NCBI GenBank assembly: GCA_963783865.1
Contig: CAWAPD010000006.1
Span: 103,199-167,198, forward strand
Source: an uncultured Actinomycetes bacterium
Lineage (GTDB): Bacteria; Actinomycetota; Thermoleophilia; UBA2241
Length of the DNA stretch: 64,000 bases
Direction of reading: 5' to 3'
Part shown: in pieces, positions 11,468 through 22,005 of the stretch
How the letters are laid out: each line of letters opens with the position of its first letter
How positions within the stretch are numbered: the stretch's first letter is position 1
Notes under the pieces: model-generated
Database searches by the model: none
What the model was told of the DNA's origin: nothing
What the model saw: the letters and a program-made list of their open reading frames with translations, nothing else
Translations under genes and position numbers: made by a program

Positions 11468-12454
11468 GTGGCGTTCGTCCCCCCAGGGCAGGCTCAACCC
11501 GGCATGACGGCCGCGGTGCAGGACGCCGCGCTCGAGTCGACCCCCGGCACGTCGATCCCCGAGATGGTGTCGACCAAGCCGCTCGGACTCTGGGCCGACA
11601 CCTGGCGGCGCCTCAAGCGCAACAAGCTCGCCCTGGTGGGCCTCGGCATCATCGTGGTGTTCATGACCATCGGCATCCTGCAGATCGTGTTCTGGGTGAC
11701 GGGCATCCACGGCGGTTACCTCGCGCCGTACGACCCCGACGGCGTCAACTACCACATCGCCAAGCAGGCGCCGTCGCTGGCGCACCCGTTCGGCACCGAC
11801 TACATCGGCCGTGACGTGCTGTCGCGGGTGCTCGTCGCTTCGCGCATCTCGCTGCTCGTGGGCGTGATCGCGGTCAGCATCGGCCTCGTCATCGGGCTCG
11901 CGCTCGGACCGGTGTCGGGGTACTACGGCGGCGCGGTCGACGCGGTGATCATGCGCGTCGCCGACGTGTTCTTCGCCTTCCCGTACATCCTGTTCGTGCT
12001 GCTGCTGCTGGTGGTGCTCGGTCCGGGGTTCAGGAACGTGTTCATCGCCATCGGCATCCTCGGCTGGGCGAGCTACGCGCGTCTCGTGCGCGGCACCGTG
12101 CTGAGCGTGAAGACGCAGGAGTACGTCGAGGCGGCCAAGGCCGCCGGCGGCACCGACCTGCGCATCATCTTCGGGCACGTGCTGCCCAACAGCATGGCCC
12201 CCGTCTACGTCGCCACTGCCATGGGGGTGGGCGGCGCCATCGTGACTGAGGCTGCCCTGAGCTTTCTCGGCATCGGCGTGCAGCCGCCTCAGGCGAGCTG
12301 GGGAAACATGATCGCCGACTACACGAGCTACCTCATGGCCGGCCAGTGGTGGATGATGGCCTTCCCGTCCATCGCTCTGGTCGTCACGGTCTTCGGCTTC
12401 ATCTCGTTCGGCAACGGCCTGCGCGACGCCACCGACCCGAAGCTCAAGGAATAG
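11468..12454 (+). CDS. Peptide ABC permease OppC/DppC-like
   Basis: HPFGTDYIGRD, EYVEAAKAAG, EAALSFLGIG. Confidence 0.93.
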   Translation: MAFVPPGQAQPGMTAAVQDAALESTPGTSIPEMVSTKPLGLWADTWRRLKRNKLALVGLGIIVVFMTIGILQIVFWVTGIHGGYLAPYDPDGVNYHIAKQAPSLAHPFGTDYIGRDVLSRVLVASRISLLVGVIAVSIGLVIGLALGPVSGYYGGAVDAVIMRVADVFFAFPYILFVLLLLVVLGPGFRNVFIAIGILGWASYARLVRGTVLSVKTQEYVEAAKAAGGTDLRIIFGHVLPNSMAPVYVATAMGVGGAIVTEAALSFLGIGVQPPQASWGNMIADYTSYLMAGQWWMMAFPSIALVVTVFGFISFGNGLRDATDPKLKE

Positions 12455-12457
12455 CGG

Positions 12458-13483
12458 ATGGCCGAGCGTCTCCTCGAAGTCACCGACTTGACCACGCACT
12501 TCTTCACGTACGCAGGCATCGTCAAGGCGGTCAACGGCGTGAGCTTCACGCTGGATCGTGACGAGACCCTGGGCATCGTGGGCGAGTCCGGGTCGGGCAA
12601 GACCGTGGCCGCCCTGTCGGTCATGCGCCTTGTGCCCGACCCGCCCGGCAAGATCGTCGCCGGCACGATCACCCTCATGGGACGCGACCTTCTGGCCCTC
12701 AAGCCCGACGAGATGCGCCACGTCCGCGGCAACGACATCGCGATGATCTTCCAGGACCCGATGACCAGCCTCAATCCCGTGTTCAAGGTGGGCGACCAGA
12801 TCGCCGAGGTCATCCGTCTCCATCAGGGAAAGTCCAAGCGCGAGGCCTGGACGATGGCGACCGAGCTGCTGGCCAAAGTCGGCATACCCGACCCCGAACA
12901 GCGCGTCGACCAGTACCCGTTCGAGTACTCCGGCGGCATGCGCCAGCGCGCGATGATCGCCATGGCGATCTCGTGCAATCCGCACATCCTCATCGCCGAC
13001 GAGCCGACGACCGCGCTCGACGTCACGATCCAGGCGCAGATCATGGACGTGATCCGCGAGATGCAGGCGCAGTACCACTCGGGTGTCATCATGATCACGC
13101 ACGACCTGGGCGTCGTCGCCCAGATGGCCCAGAAGGTGATGGTCATGTACGGCGGGCGCACGGTCGAGTTCGGCCCCGTCGACGAGGTGTACTACGACCC
13201 GCACCAGCCCTACACGTGGGGCCTGCTCGGGTCGCTGCCGAGGCTGCATGTGAGCGAGCACGAACGGCTCACGCCGATCAAGGGACAGCCGCCGAACCTG
13301 CTGCTTCTGCCGGCGGGCTGCCCGTTCTCGGGGCGCTGCCCTTACGAACTGGGGCAGTGCGCGGGTGAGTTCCCGGAGCTCGAGATGATCGGCGAGCAGC
13401 ACGGCGTGCACTGCTGGATCCCGTTCGAGGAGCGCGAGGCCATCAGGGCGTCGTTGCCGAGGTTCAGGTCGGAAGCGGTATGA
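12458..13483 (+). CDS. Peptide ABC ATP-binding protein OppD/DppD-like
   Basis: [25 protein letters not shown], Cys-rich C-terminus. Confidence 0.94.
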   Translation: MAERLLEVTDLTTHFFTYAGIVKAVNGVSFTLDRDETLGIVGESGSGKTVAALSVMRLVPDPPGKIVAGTITLMGRDLLALKPDEMRHVRGNDIAMIFQDPMTSLNPVFKVGDQIAEVIRLHQGKSKREAWTMATELLAKVGIPDPEQRVDQYPFEYSGGMRQRAMIAMAISCNPHILIADEPTTALDVTIQAQIMDVIREMQAQYHSGVIMITHDLGVVAQMAQKVMVMYGGRTVEFGPVDEVYYDPHQPYTWGLLGSLPRLHVSEHERLTPIKGQPPNLLLLPAGCPFSGRCPYELGQCAGEFPELEMIGEQHGVHCWIPFEEREAIRASLPRFRSEAV

Positions 13484-14496
13484 GCATCCTCGAAGTCAGC
13501 GACCTGAAGAAGCATTTCCCGATCAAGACCGGGGTGCTCAGGCGAACCAGCGGCTACGTGTACGCGGTCGACGGCGTGTCGTTCACGATCGACGAGGGTG
13601 AGACCCTGGGCATGGTCGGAGAGAGCGGCTGCGGCAAGTCGACCACCGGTCGTGTGGTCCTGCGGCTCCTGCCGGCGACCGGCGGCAGGGTCGTGTTCGA
13701 TGGCGTCGACGTGATGGCCGCGTCGCGGGTCGAGGTCCAGCGCCTGCGCCGCGACATGCAGATCGTCTTCCAGGACCCCTACGCGTCGCTGAACCCGCGC
13801 AAGAAGGTGAAGGACATCATCGCCGAACCGCTGCGCATCCACCAGATCGGCAGCGAGGCCGAGCGCAAGCGCCGCGTGCTCGACCTGCTGGAGATCGTCG
13901 GCCTCACGGCCGAGCACGCCGAACGCTACCCGCACGAGTTCTCGGGCGGTCAGCGCCAGCGCATCGGCGTCGCCCGGGCGCTGGCCCTCAACCCGCGCCT
14001 GATCATCTGCGATGAGCCGGTGAGCGCGCTGGACGTCTCGATCCAGGCCCAGATGATCAACCTGCTCGAGGACCTGCAAGAGCAGCTCAAGCTCACGTAC
14101 CTGTTCATCGCGCACGACCTGTCGGTCGTCAAGCACCTCTCCGACCGCGTCGTGGTGATGTACCTGGGAAAGGTCATGGAGATCGCCGACAGCTCGCTGC
14201 TCTACGTGCAGCCGCAGCATCCGTACACGGAGGCGCTGCTCTCGGCGGTGCCGATCCCCGACCCCAAGGCTGAGCGCGAGCGCAGGCGGCTGATCCTGGA
14301 GGGCGACGTGCCGAGCCCGGCCAACCCTCCGTCCGGGTGCGTCTTCCACCCGCGCTGTCCCCGCATGCAGCCCGATCCGTGCACCACGCAGGTGCCTCCG
14401 CTGGCCGTGACCGGCGAGGCGGGTGCGCGGCACCAGGTCGCCTGCTTCTTCCCGACGCGGTACGGTCCGCCCGCCGCCGCGCCGGCCGACTCCTGA
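13480..14496 (+). CDS. Peptide ABC ATP-binding protein OppF/DppF-like
   Basis: [37 protein letters not shown]. Confidence 0.94.
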   Translation: MSILEVSDLKKHFPIKTGVLRRTSGYVYAVDGVSFTIDEGETLGMVGESGCGKSTTGRVVLRLLPATGGRVVFDGVDVMAASRVEVQRLRRDMQIVFQDPYASLNPRKKVKDIIAEPLRIHQIGSEAERKRRVLDLLEIVGLTAEHAERYPHEFSGGQRQRIGVARALALNPRLIICDEPVSALDVSIQAQMINLLEDLQEQLKLTYLFIAHDLSVVKHLSDRVVVMYLGKVMEIADSSLLYVQPQHPYTEALLSAVPIPDPKAERERRRLILEGDVPSPANPPSGCVFHPRCPRMQPDPCTTQVPPLAVTGEAGARHQVACFFPTRYGPPAAAPADS

Positions 14497-14513
14497 GAGG
14501 GTCAGTCCGCACG

Positions 14514-15506
14514 ATGCTGCGCCGGGCCCCGAGCCCCGACCCTCCGTCATCGTCGTCGCGTCCTGCCGCTGCGCGTTGGCGGCGATCGGTCGTCGCCATG
14601 GGCGTCGGCGCGACGCTCGCGGGCGTCGTCGCCTGCTTGTTGCTGGCGGCCGGTTGCGGGAGCTCGCCGTCGCCCAAGCCCTCGGCGACGACTTCCGTCG
14701 CCGCCCGCGTCAACGGCGAGCCGGTCGGCCGCGACGAGGTCGACCGGGTGGTGGCCCTTTCGAAGCTCGGCAGCAAACCCCTGAGCGACGATCAGGCGCT
14801 CGAAGCCGTCGTCCGCCGCCACCTGCTGCAGCGCGAGGCCGCTCGCCTCGGGGTGGCGGTCGACGATGCGGCCGTGGAGAAGCGCCTCGCCGACGTGGCG
14901 AGCGGGGCTGGGGGGACCGACGCCCTGCAGCAGTCGCTGGCAAGCGTCGGCGTGACGCTCGACGACTACCGAGCGGAGCTGCGCGCGGCGCTTCTCGCCG
15001 AGTTGCTCGCCGCGCGCAAGTTCCCCGGGACGGTGGCGACGACCGCCGACGCGCTGGCGTACTTCGGCGCGCATCGGACGCAGCTCGCGGTGCCGGCCGC
15101 CGTGAGGCTGCAGGAGATCGTGACCAAGACCAAGGGTCAGGCGGCCCAGGCCCTGCGGCGGCTGCGCAAGGGAGACAAGTTCAGCGCCGTCGCCCGCGTC
15201 CTGAGCACCGATCCTCAGGCGAAGGAGGCCGGAGGCGACCTGGGCTGGGTCCTGGTCGCGTCGCTGCCGCAGGGGCTCACGCGCCCCATCCGGCAGGCCC
15301 GGACCGGGACGATCATCGGTCCGCTGCAGGCCCTGGGCGGCTGGCACATCGACCGCGTCCTGGGGCGCCGGGCCGCGCGCCAACGGAGCTTCGCGGAGGT
15401 GCGGTCGGCGCTCGTCCACGACCTCACCGTCAAGGCGCAGACGGCGGCGCTGTCGCGGTGGCTGGCCCGCGAGCGGGCGGCGGCCGACGTCGTGAAGGGG
15501 TCGTGA
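14514..15506 (+). CDS. PrsA/SurA-like parvulin peptidyl-prolyl isomerase lipoprotein
   Basis: LAAGC lipobox, VAARVNGEP, FSAVARVLSTD..GGDLGW; start uncertain. Confidence 0.8.
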   Translation: MLRRAPSPDPPSSSSRPAAARWRRSVVAMGVGATLAGVVACLLLAAGCGSSPSPKPSATTSVAARVNGEPVGRDEVDRVVALSKLGSKPLSDDQALEAVVRRHLLQREAARLGVAVDDAAVEKRLADVASGAGGTDALQQSLASVGVTLDDYRAELRAALLAELLAARKFPGTVATTADALAYFGAHRTQLAVPAAVRLQEIVTKTKGQAAQALRRLRKGDKFSAVARVLSTDPQAKEAGGDLGWVLVASLPQGLTRPIRQARTGTIIGPLQALGGWHIDRVLGRRAARQRSFAEVRSALVHDLTVKAQTAALSRWLARERAAADVVKGS

Positions 15507-15582
15507 CCGCGGAGGCCGTGAACGCCCGGCCGGCCGGACCGGTTGCTATACTGCCGCCGGACCCCGAGCAAGGCTGACCGCC

Positions 15583-16008
15583 GTGAAAGACACCGTCCTC
15601 ATCGTGCTGCTCGTCATCGCCGCGGTGCTGCTCGTGCTGGCAGTCGCCAACCACGGCGTGCCGGTCGCGTTCGACCTCATCGTGACGACATGGCACCTCG
15701 CACTTGCCTGGCTGCTCGTCATCGCCGCCGGTCTCGTGGTCGTCATCGGGCTGGGCGCGACGCTCGCAGCCGACCTGCGGGCGGCCGATCAGCGTCGCGC
15801 CCTCGAGACCGAGCTCGAGTCCACCTACACCCGGCTGCGCGAGGCGCAGGCGGCTGCCGGTCTCAAGGCGCCCGCCGCTGCCGCGTCGCCATGTCGAGGC
15901 GGCGCGTCGCACGGCGAGGCGCGCGTCGCCGGCGACCGGCGCAACCACCCCACCGCCTGCCGACACATCCATGTCGCCGCCGGCCGCCGACGCTCCACCC
16001 CCGGCTGA
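15583..16008 (+). CDS. LapA-domain-like membrane protein; C-terminus possibly frameshifted
   Basis: Two TM helices plus coiled coil, upstream of recJ; TGCTATACT extended -10 upstream; tail reads better in the frame ending at 16042. Confidence 0.6.
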   Translation: MKDTVLIVLLVIAAVLLVLAVANHGVPVAFDLIVTTWHLALAWLLVIAAGLVVVIGLGATLAADLRAADQRRALETELESTYTRLREAQAAAGLKAPAAAASPCRGGASHGEARVAGDRRNHPTACRHIHVAAGRRRSTPG

Positions 16009-16046
16009 CGCCGCGCCTCCTGCCGGACCAGACGACGCCTGATCGC

Positions 16047-16472
16047 GTGCCCGACGAGGAGGCGCCACCGCTCTGGCGGCTCGTGCTGGCGGTCGTCCTG
16101 GGCCTGCTCGCCGGCCTGACCCTCGAGATGCTGTCGCTGGCGCTCGTCGCCGTGGTGAGGCACCTGGCCGGCGACGTCTCCAACGCTCTCGCCACGGTCC
16201 TGCTCGACGCCGCTTCGGCCGGGGCCTGGCTGGTCGCCGGCGGGGTGGGCTACGAGGCCGGCCGCGGCCGCGTCGCGACGATCGCCGTGGCGAGCCTGCC
16301 GCCGCTCGCCGGGCTGGCGCTTGCGCTCGGCCTGGTCGTGGGCGAGCGTCACGGATACGGCGGCCGTCTCGTCGGCGCCCTCGCGTTCGGGTGCGTCCTC
16401 GGCGCCTGCGCCTACGCCGGCGGCCGCCTCTGGGAGCGTCACATCCGTCGCGCGCGTGCGGTACAGTCGTAG
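16047..16472 (+). CDS. Hypothetical 4-TM membrane protein
   Basis: GTG start; four hydrophobic Ala/Gly/Leu segments. Confidence 0.6.
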   Translation: MPDEEAPPLWRLVLAVVLGLLAGLTLEMLSLALVAVVRHLAGDVSNALATVLLDAASAGAWLVAGGVGYEAGRGRVATIAVASLPPLAGLALALGLVVGERHGYGGRLVGALAFGCVLGACAYAGGRLWERHIRRARAVQS

Positions 16473-16474
16473 GG

Positions 16475-19075
16475 ATGATGGCTGAAGACTGGTCGATCGC
16501 CCCCGTCGATCTCGCGCGCGCGCGCCTGCTGGCCGGCGAGCTCGGCGTGAGCCCGCTGACCGGCGAGATCCTCGCCCGGCGCGGGTTCACCGACCCCGCC
16601 GAGGCCGAGGCGTTCCTCCGTCCCGACTACCTGGTCCACAGCCCCTGGCTGCTGCCGGGCATGGCCGAGGCCCGCAGCCGTCTCGACCGGGCGCTCGGTC
16701 GCGGTGAGCGCATCGCCGTCTACGGCGACTACGACGCCGACGGCGTCACCGCCACGTTCCTGCTCTGCGACGCGCTGCGCGACCTGGGCGCCGACGTCGT
16801 GTGGCGGCTGCCCAATCGCTTCACCGAGGGATACGGTCTCTCATTACAGGCGATCGAGGAGCTCGCCGCCACGGGGGCGACGCTGCTGGTCACCGTCGAC
16901 TGCGGCATCGGCGCCCACGACGCCGTCGCGCGAGCCCGCGAGCTGGGCCTCGACGTGATCGTCACCGACCACCACGAGCCGCTGGGGCCGCCGCCCGACT
17001 GCATCTGCGTCGACCCCAAGCTCGACGGCGCGCCGTTCCCCCACCTTGCCGGCGTGGGGGTCGCCCTCAAGGTCGCCCACGCCCTGATGCAGGAGCGCGG
17101 CGCCGACAAGGTCGAGTTGCCCCTGAGCCTGCGGCCGTATGTCGACGTGGTCGCCGTCGGCACGGTCGCCGACGTCGTGCCCCTGGTCGACGAGAACCGC
17201 GCCCTCGTGGCGATGGGCATCGGCCGGCTGCGCAGCAACCCGCGGCCCGGCCTCGCCGCCCTCATGGAGGTCGCCGGCGTCGACCCGCTGCGGCTCGACG
17301 CCACCTCGATCGCCTTCCGGCTGGCGCCGCGTCTCAACGCCGCCGGACGCCTCGACGACGCCTCTCCGGCGGTCGACCTGCTGGCCGCCGCCGACCGCGA
17401 GACGGCGTTGCCGCTGGCCCAGCGCCTGGCCGAGCTCAACGCCGACCGCCAGGCGCTCGAGGCCACGATCCTGCGCGAGGCGCTGGCGATGGTGCCCGAG
17501 CCCCTGCCGCCGGCCGTCGTCCTGTCGTCGCCGGGGTGGCACGAGGGCGTGGTCGGCATCGTCGCCGCGCGCGTCGTCGAGCAGGTCTCGCGGCCGGCGA
17601 TCCTGCTGGCCGAGAACGACGGCGTAGCCAAGGGCTCGGGGCGCAGCATCCCCGCGTTCGACCTGCTTGCGGCGGTCTCCGCGTGCTCGCAGCCACTCCT
17701 GGCCTACGGCGGCCACAAGGCGGCGTGCGGCCTCAGGCTGCACGCCGCCGACGTGCCCGCGTTCCGCGCCGCGCTGCAGAAGTTCGCCGGGGAGCGCCTC
17801 ACCGAGGCCGACTTCCGGCGGCTGCTGCGCGTCGACGCCATCGTGGCCGGCGACGAGCTCACCCTGCCGGTCGCCGAAGAGCTCGAGCTGTTCGCGCCGC
17901 ACGGCCTGGGCAACCCGGCGATCACCCTGCTCGCCCACGGCGCCGAGGTGCGCTCGTGCCGGCTCACGCGCGATCGCCGTCACCTGCAGTGCGACGTGCG
18001 CGTCGACGGGGTGACGGCGCCGGCGATCCGCTTCGGGTTCGACAAGATCGCCGAGCTCCAGGGCGAGGTCCGCTTCGACGTGCCGCTGCGCCTCACGCGC
18101 AACCAGTACAACGGCGTCACCAGCGCCCAGGTGCAGCTCAAGGGGATCAGCCCGGTGGCGACGGCGGCCGACGACCTCTGCGCCACGCCGTGCGCGGCGG
18201 CGTGCCCGTCGCGCTGGTCGGGAGAGAAGCTGTGGGAGCTGCTCGAGAGCGGCGAGCTGGCCGGCGGCGATGCTGGGGACGGGGCGGCAGCGGCGGTCGG
18301 CGAGCTGCGGCGCCAGGGCCGCCTCGCCGACCGCCGCGGCCGCCCCGTCGCCTCCACGCTGGCCGCGCTGGCGGGCGCCGGCGGGCGTCTGCTGGTGCTG
18401 GTCGCCGACGTCGCCCGCCGGCGCCCGCTGCTCACGCGCGACCTGTGGCTGCCCCAGCTGGGCGCCGGGTGCCTGTACCTGAACGCCGCCTGCGCCCACG
18501 AACGCCTTGGGGAGGCCATCGGTGGGGGGGAGGGCGGCGGCGACGCCGCGCCCGCCATCGTGATGGCGAGCGCGGCCACCGCCGCCGCCTCGCCCGCGCT
18601 CGTCGCCGCCTTCGACCACGTCGCCTTCGTCGACCCGCCGCTCGACGGCGGCCTGTTCGCGGCCGTGCTCGCGGCGCTCGGGCCGGAGGCCGACGCGCAT
18701 TTCGTCTGGGGACGGGCGGAGGTACACTTCACGCAGCAGGTCGTCGCGACCGACTACGACCTGCAGGCCGCGTGCCGCCGCCTCTACCGGGCCCTGGGGG
18801 GCCCGGGTGAGCGGGCGGCGGCCGAGGTCGAAGAGGGCGTCGTGGGCGGCGGCGACGGCCTGCTGGCGAAGCCGGCGGCCGTCGCCGCCGCCTGGCGCAC
18901 GCTGACCGAGGCCGGTTTGGTGGCTTCCGAGCGCGGCAAGAAGGGAGACAGGCGGGTCGTCGTGACCGCGGTCGACGGCAAGGTCGACCTCACGACCACC
19001 GCCACGTTCAGCGCATGGCACGCACGCTTCACACGCACGAGGTTCCTGCAGAGCTGTCTCTCGATGCGGCTCTAG
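16475..19075 (+). CDS. recJ: Single-stranded-DNA exonuclease RecJ with C-terminal extension
   Basis: YGDYDADG, TVDCG, TDHH, GTVADVVPL, PRLNAAGR, GSGRS, GGHKAACG. Confidence 0.94.
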   Translation: MMAEDWSIAPVDLARARLLAGELGVSPLTGEILARRGFTDPAEAEAFLRPDYLVHSPWLLPGMAEARSRLDRALGRGERIAVYGDYDADGVTATFLLCDALRDLGADVVWRLPNRFTEGYGLSLQAIEELAATGATLLVTVDCGIGAHDAVARARELGLDVIVTDHHEPLGPPPDCICVDPKLDGAPFPHLAGVGVALKVAHALMQERGADKVELPLSLRPYVDVVAVGTVADVVPLVDENRALVAMGIGRLRSNPRPGLAALMEVAGVDPLRLDATSIAFRLAPRLNAAGRLDDASPAVDLLAAADRETALPLAQRLAELNADRQALEATILREALAMVPEPLPPAVVLSSPGWHEGVVGIVAARVVEQVSRPAILLAENDGVAKGSGRSIPAFDLLAAVSACSQPLLAYGGHKAACGLRLHAADVPAFRAALQKFAGERLTEADFRRLLRVDAIVAGDELTLPVAEELELFAPHGLGNPAITLLAHGAEVRSCRLTRDRRHLQCDVRVDGVTAPAIRFGFDKIAELQGEVRFDVPLRLTRNQYNGVTSAQVQLKGISPVATAADDLCATPCAAACPSRWSGEKLWELLESGELAGGDAGDGAAAAVGELRRQGRLADRRGRPVASTLAALAGAGGRLLVLVADVARRRPLLTRDLWLPQLGAGCLYLNAACAHERLGEAIGGGEGGGDAAPAIVMASAATAAASPALVAAFDHVAFVDPPLDGGLFAAVLAALGPEADAHFVWGRAEVHFTQQVVATDYDLQAACRRLYRALGGPGERAAAEVEEGVVGGGDGLLAKPAAVAAAWRTLTEAGLVASERGKKGDRRVVVTAVDGKVDLTTTATFSAWHARFTRTRFLQSCLSMRL

Positions 19076-19080
19076 CGGAG

Positions 19081-21270
19081 GTGCCGGCCAAGCACCGGCT
19101 CCTCCTCGACATGCTGCTCGACGCCGTCTCGTCGTACAACCCCGAGCCCGACCGCGAGCTCATCACCCGCGCCTTCGTGACCGCCGGCGCCAAGCACCGC
19201 GACCAGGTGCGCAAGAGCGGCGAGGACTTCATCAACCACCCGGTCGGGACGGCGATGCTCTGCGCCGAGCTGAAGCTCGACGAGACGACCATCGCCGCCG
19301 CCCTGCTCCACGACGTCGTCGAAGACACCGGCACGAGCATCGAGTTCATCCGCGAGCGGTTCGGCGACGAGATCGCCATGCTCGTCGACGGCGTCACGAA
19401 GCTGACCAAGATGAGCTTCAACTCGCAGGAAGAGGAGCAGGCCGAGAACTACCGCAAGATGATCGTGGCGATGGCCGAGGACATCCGCGTCATCCTGATC
19501 AAGCTCGCCGACCGCCTGAACAACATGCGCACGGTGTGCTACCTGGGCCGCCAGAAGCAGATCCAGAAGGCCAAGGAGACGCTCGAGGTCTACGCGCCGC
19601 TGGCCCACCGCCTGGGCATCAACAGCGTCAAGTGGCAGCTCGAGGACCTCTCCTTCCAGGCCCTGCACCCGCGCAAGTACGCCGAGATCGAGCGCATGGT
19701 CTCGCAGCGCCGCGCCGATCGCGAGGACTACGTCGCCGACGCGGCCCGGTATCTCGAGGACGAGCTCGCCACCGTCGGCATCCGCTCCGAGATCCAGGGC
19801 CGCGCCAAGCACTTCTACTCCATCTACGTGAAGATGAGCCGCCGCGGCAAGGAGTTCAACGAGATCTTCGACCTCACCGGCCTGCGCGTGCTCGTCGAGA
19901 CGGTCAAGGACTGCTACGGCGCGGTCGGCGTCATCCACGCGCTCTGGAAGCCCATCCCGGGCCGCTTCAAGGACTACGTCGCGATGCCCAAGTTCAACAT
20001 GTACCAGTCGCTGCACACGACGGTCATCGGGCCCAGCGGCAAGCCGCTCGAGATCCAGATCCGCACGTTCGACCAACACCAGACGGCCGAGTTCGGCATC
20101 GCCGCCCACTGGCTCTACAAGGCGAAGAGCGACGGGGTGCGGCCGGCCGACAAGCTGGCCTGGCTGCGGCAGATGATGGAGTGGCAGTCCGAGACCGGCG
20201 ACCCGCGCGAGTTCATGGACACGCTGCGTATCGACCTCTTCGAGGACGAGGTGTTCGTGTTCACCCCCAAGGGCGACGTCAAGAGCCTGGCCGCCGGGTC
20301 CACCCCGATCGACCTCGCCTACGCCGTGCACACCGACGTCGGCGCCCGCTGCGTGGGGGCCAAGGTCAACGGACGCATCGTACCGCTGCACCACCGCCTG
20401 CGGTCGGGCGACATCGTCGAGATCATCACCTCCAAGTCCAGCCGCGGGCCGTCGCGAGACTGGCTCGGCATCGCCGCCACGCCGCGCGCCCGGCAGAAGA
20501 TCCGCCAGTACTTCCGCCGCGAGGAGCGCGAAGACTCCGAGCACTCGGGCCGCGACCTGCTGCAGGAGGCGATGCGCCGCCAGGGCCTGCCGGCCCAGAA
20601 GCTGCTGTCGTCCGACGCGTTCACGCCCGTCGTCAAGGACCTCGGCTACCAGCGCGCCGACGACCTCTACGCGGCGCTGGGCAGCGGTCGTGTGCCGGTA
20701 CGGACCGTGGTCAACCGGGCGCTCAAGCTGACCGGCGGCGAGAAGGTCGCCGTGCCCGAGGTCGCGATGCTGCCGACCGAGCCGGCGGCCTCGGCCCCCG
20801 CGACGGCCGTGTCGAGCGAGTTCGGCATCGCCGTCGAGGGCATGCGCGACATCGTCGTGCGCATGGCCAAGTGCTGCAAGCCGATCCCCGGCGACGAGAT
20901 CCTGGGCTACATCTCGCTCGGCAAGGGCGTGACCATCCACCGCTCGGAGTGCAAGAACGCCCGCGCCCTGCTGGCCAAGAACCGGGAGCGGTTCACCAAG
21001 GTCAGCTGGGAGGGTCTCGGCGCCCAGGCGTTCCGGGTCGAGATCCAGGTCGAGGCGCTCGACCGCAACCACCTGCTCGAGGACATCGCCCGCACGCTGT
21101 CCGACTCGGGCGTCAACATCCTCGGCGCCTCCGTGCAGACGCTGTCCGACGGGGTGGTGCGCGACCGTTTCACGCTCGAGATCGGCGACGTACACCAGCT
21201 CGCGACGGTGCTCGCCAACATCAAGGCGATCGGCACCGTCTACGACGCCTACCGGGTGGTGTCGAGCTGA
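19081..21270 (+). CDS. relA: Bifunctional (p)ppGpp synthetase/hydrolase Rel
   Basis: LLHDVVED, IKLADRL, YQSLHTT, TGS (FTPKG), CC and ACT domains; exact start uncertain (ORF open from 19015). Confidence 0.95.
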   Translation: MPAKHRLLLDMLLDAVSSYNPEPDRELITRAFVTAGAKHRDQVRKSGEDFINHPVGTAMLCAELKLDETTIAAALLHDVVEDTGTSIEFIRERFGDEIAMLVDGVTKLTKMSFNSQEEEQAENYRKMIVAMAEDIRVILIKLADRLNNMRTVCYLGRQKQIQKAKETLEVYAPLAHRLGINSVKWQLEDLSFQALHPRKYAEIERMVSQRRADREDYVADAARYLEDELATVGIRSEIQGRAKHFYSIYVKMSRRGKEFNEIFDLTGLRVLVETVKDCYGAVGVIHALWKPIPGRFKDYVAMPKFNMYQSLHTTVIGPSGKPLEIQIRTFDQHQTAEFGIAAHWLYKAKSDGVRPADKLAWLRQMMEWQSETGDPREFMDTLRIDLFEDEVFVFTPKGDVKSLAAGSTPIDLAYAVHTDVGARCVGAKVNGRIVPLHHRLRSGDIVEIITSKSSRGPSRDWLGIAATPRARQKIRQYFRREEREDSEHSGRDLLQEAMRRQGLPAQKLLSSDAFTPVVKDLGYQRADDLYAALGSGRVPVRTVVNRALKLTGGEKVAVPEVAMLPTEPAASAPATAVSSEFGIAVEGMRDIVVRMAKCCKPIPGDEILGYISLGKGVTIHRSECKNARALLAKNRERFTKVSWEGLGAQAFRVEIQVEALDRNHLLEDIARTLSDSGVNILGASVQTLSDGVVRDRFTLEIGDVHQLATVLANIKAIGTVYDAYRVVSS

Positions 21271-21354
21271 CGCGCGCGGGCGGCCGCGCCGGCTCGACTG
21301 GCGGCGCGGCGGGCTGATAGCGTTACCGGGCGCAAACGACCCGAAGGCGACCTC

Positions 21355-22005
21355 ATGACCGACACGATCGAAGTCTTCCAGCTCACGCTCGGCCCCCTGG
21401 GGGCCAACTGCTTCCTCATCGTCCGCGACAGCCGGGCGCTCGTCATCGACCCCGGCGACGAGGCCGACGTCGTGGCGGGGGCGCTCGACGAAGTCGAAGC
21501 GACCCCGCAGGCGATCCTCGTCACCCACGGCCACTTCGACCACTTCGGCGCCGTCGAGGCCGTTGCGCAGCGCTATGCCACGCCGGTCTATCTGGGCGCC
21601 GCCGACGCGCCCCAGGTGACCGATCCCGGACGCGGCCCGCTGGCCGGGTTCCCGGTCGAGGCCGTGTCGGCCGAGCTCGACCTGCTCGACGGCGAGCGCG
21701 AGCTCGACCTGGTCGTGCCGCTGACCGCCATCCCGACGCCGGGCCACTCGCCGGGCTCGTTCACCTTCGCGCTGCCCGGCCACCTCTTCTCGGGCGACCT
21801 GCTGTTCCAGGGCAGCGTGGGCCGCACCGACCTTCCGGGTGGATCGTCGGACGAGCTGCTGAACTCGATCGCCGCCCTGGTCCGCCGGTTCCCGCCCGAC
21901 ACCATGGTCCACTGCGGACACGGTCCCGACACCTCGCTCGGCCGCGAGCTGGCGCTGAACCCGTTCCTGGCGCCGCTGCGCTACGACCCGGAGCACCGCT
22001 GGTGA
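21355..22005 (+). CDS. MBL-fold metallo-hydrolase (glyoxalase II-like)
   Basis: THGHFDH, TPGHSPG, FSGDLLF, GRTDLPGG, GHG. Confidence 0.92.
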   Translation: MTDTIEVFQLTLGPLGANCFLIVRDSRALVIDPGDEADVVAGALDEVEATPQAILVTHGHFDHFGAVEAVAQRYATPVYLGAADAPQVTDPGRGPLAGFPVEAVSAELDLLDGERELDLVVPLTAIPTPGHSPGSFTFALPGHLFSGDLLFQGSVGRTDLPGGSSDELLNSIAALVRRFPPDTMVHCGHGPDTSLGRELALNPFLAPLRYDPEHRW

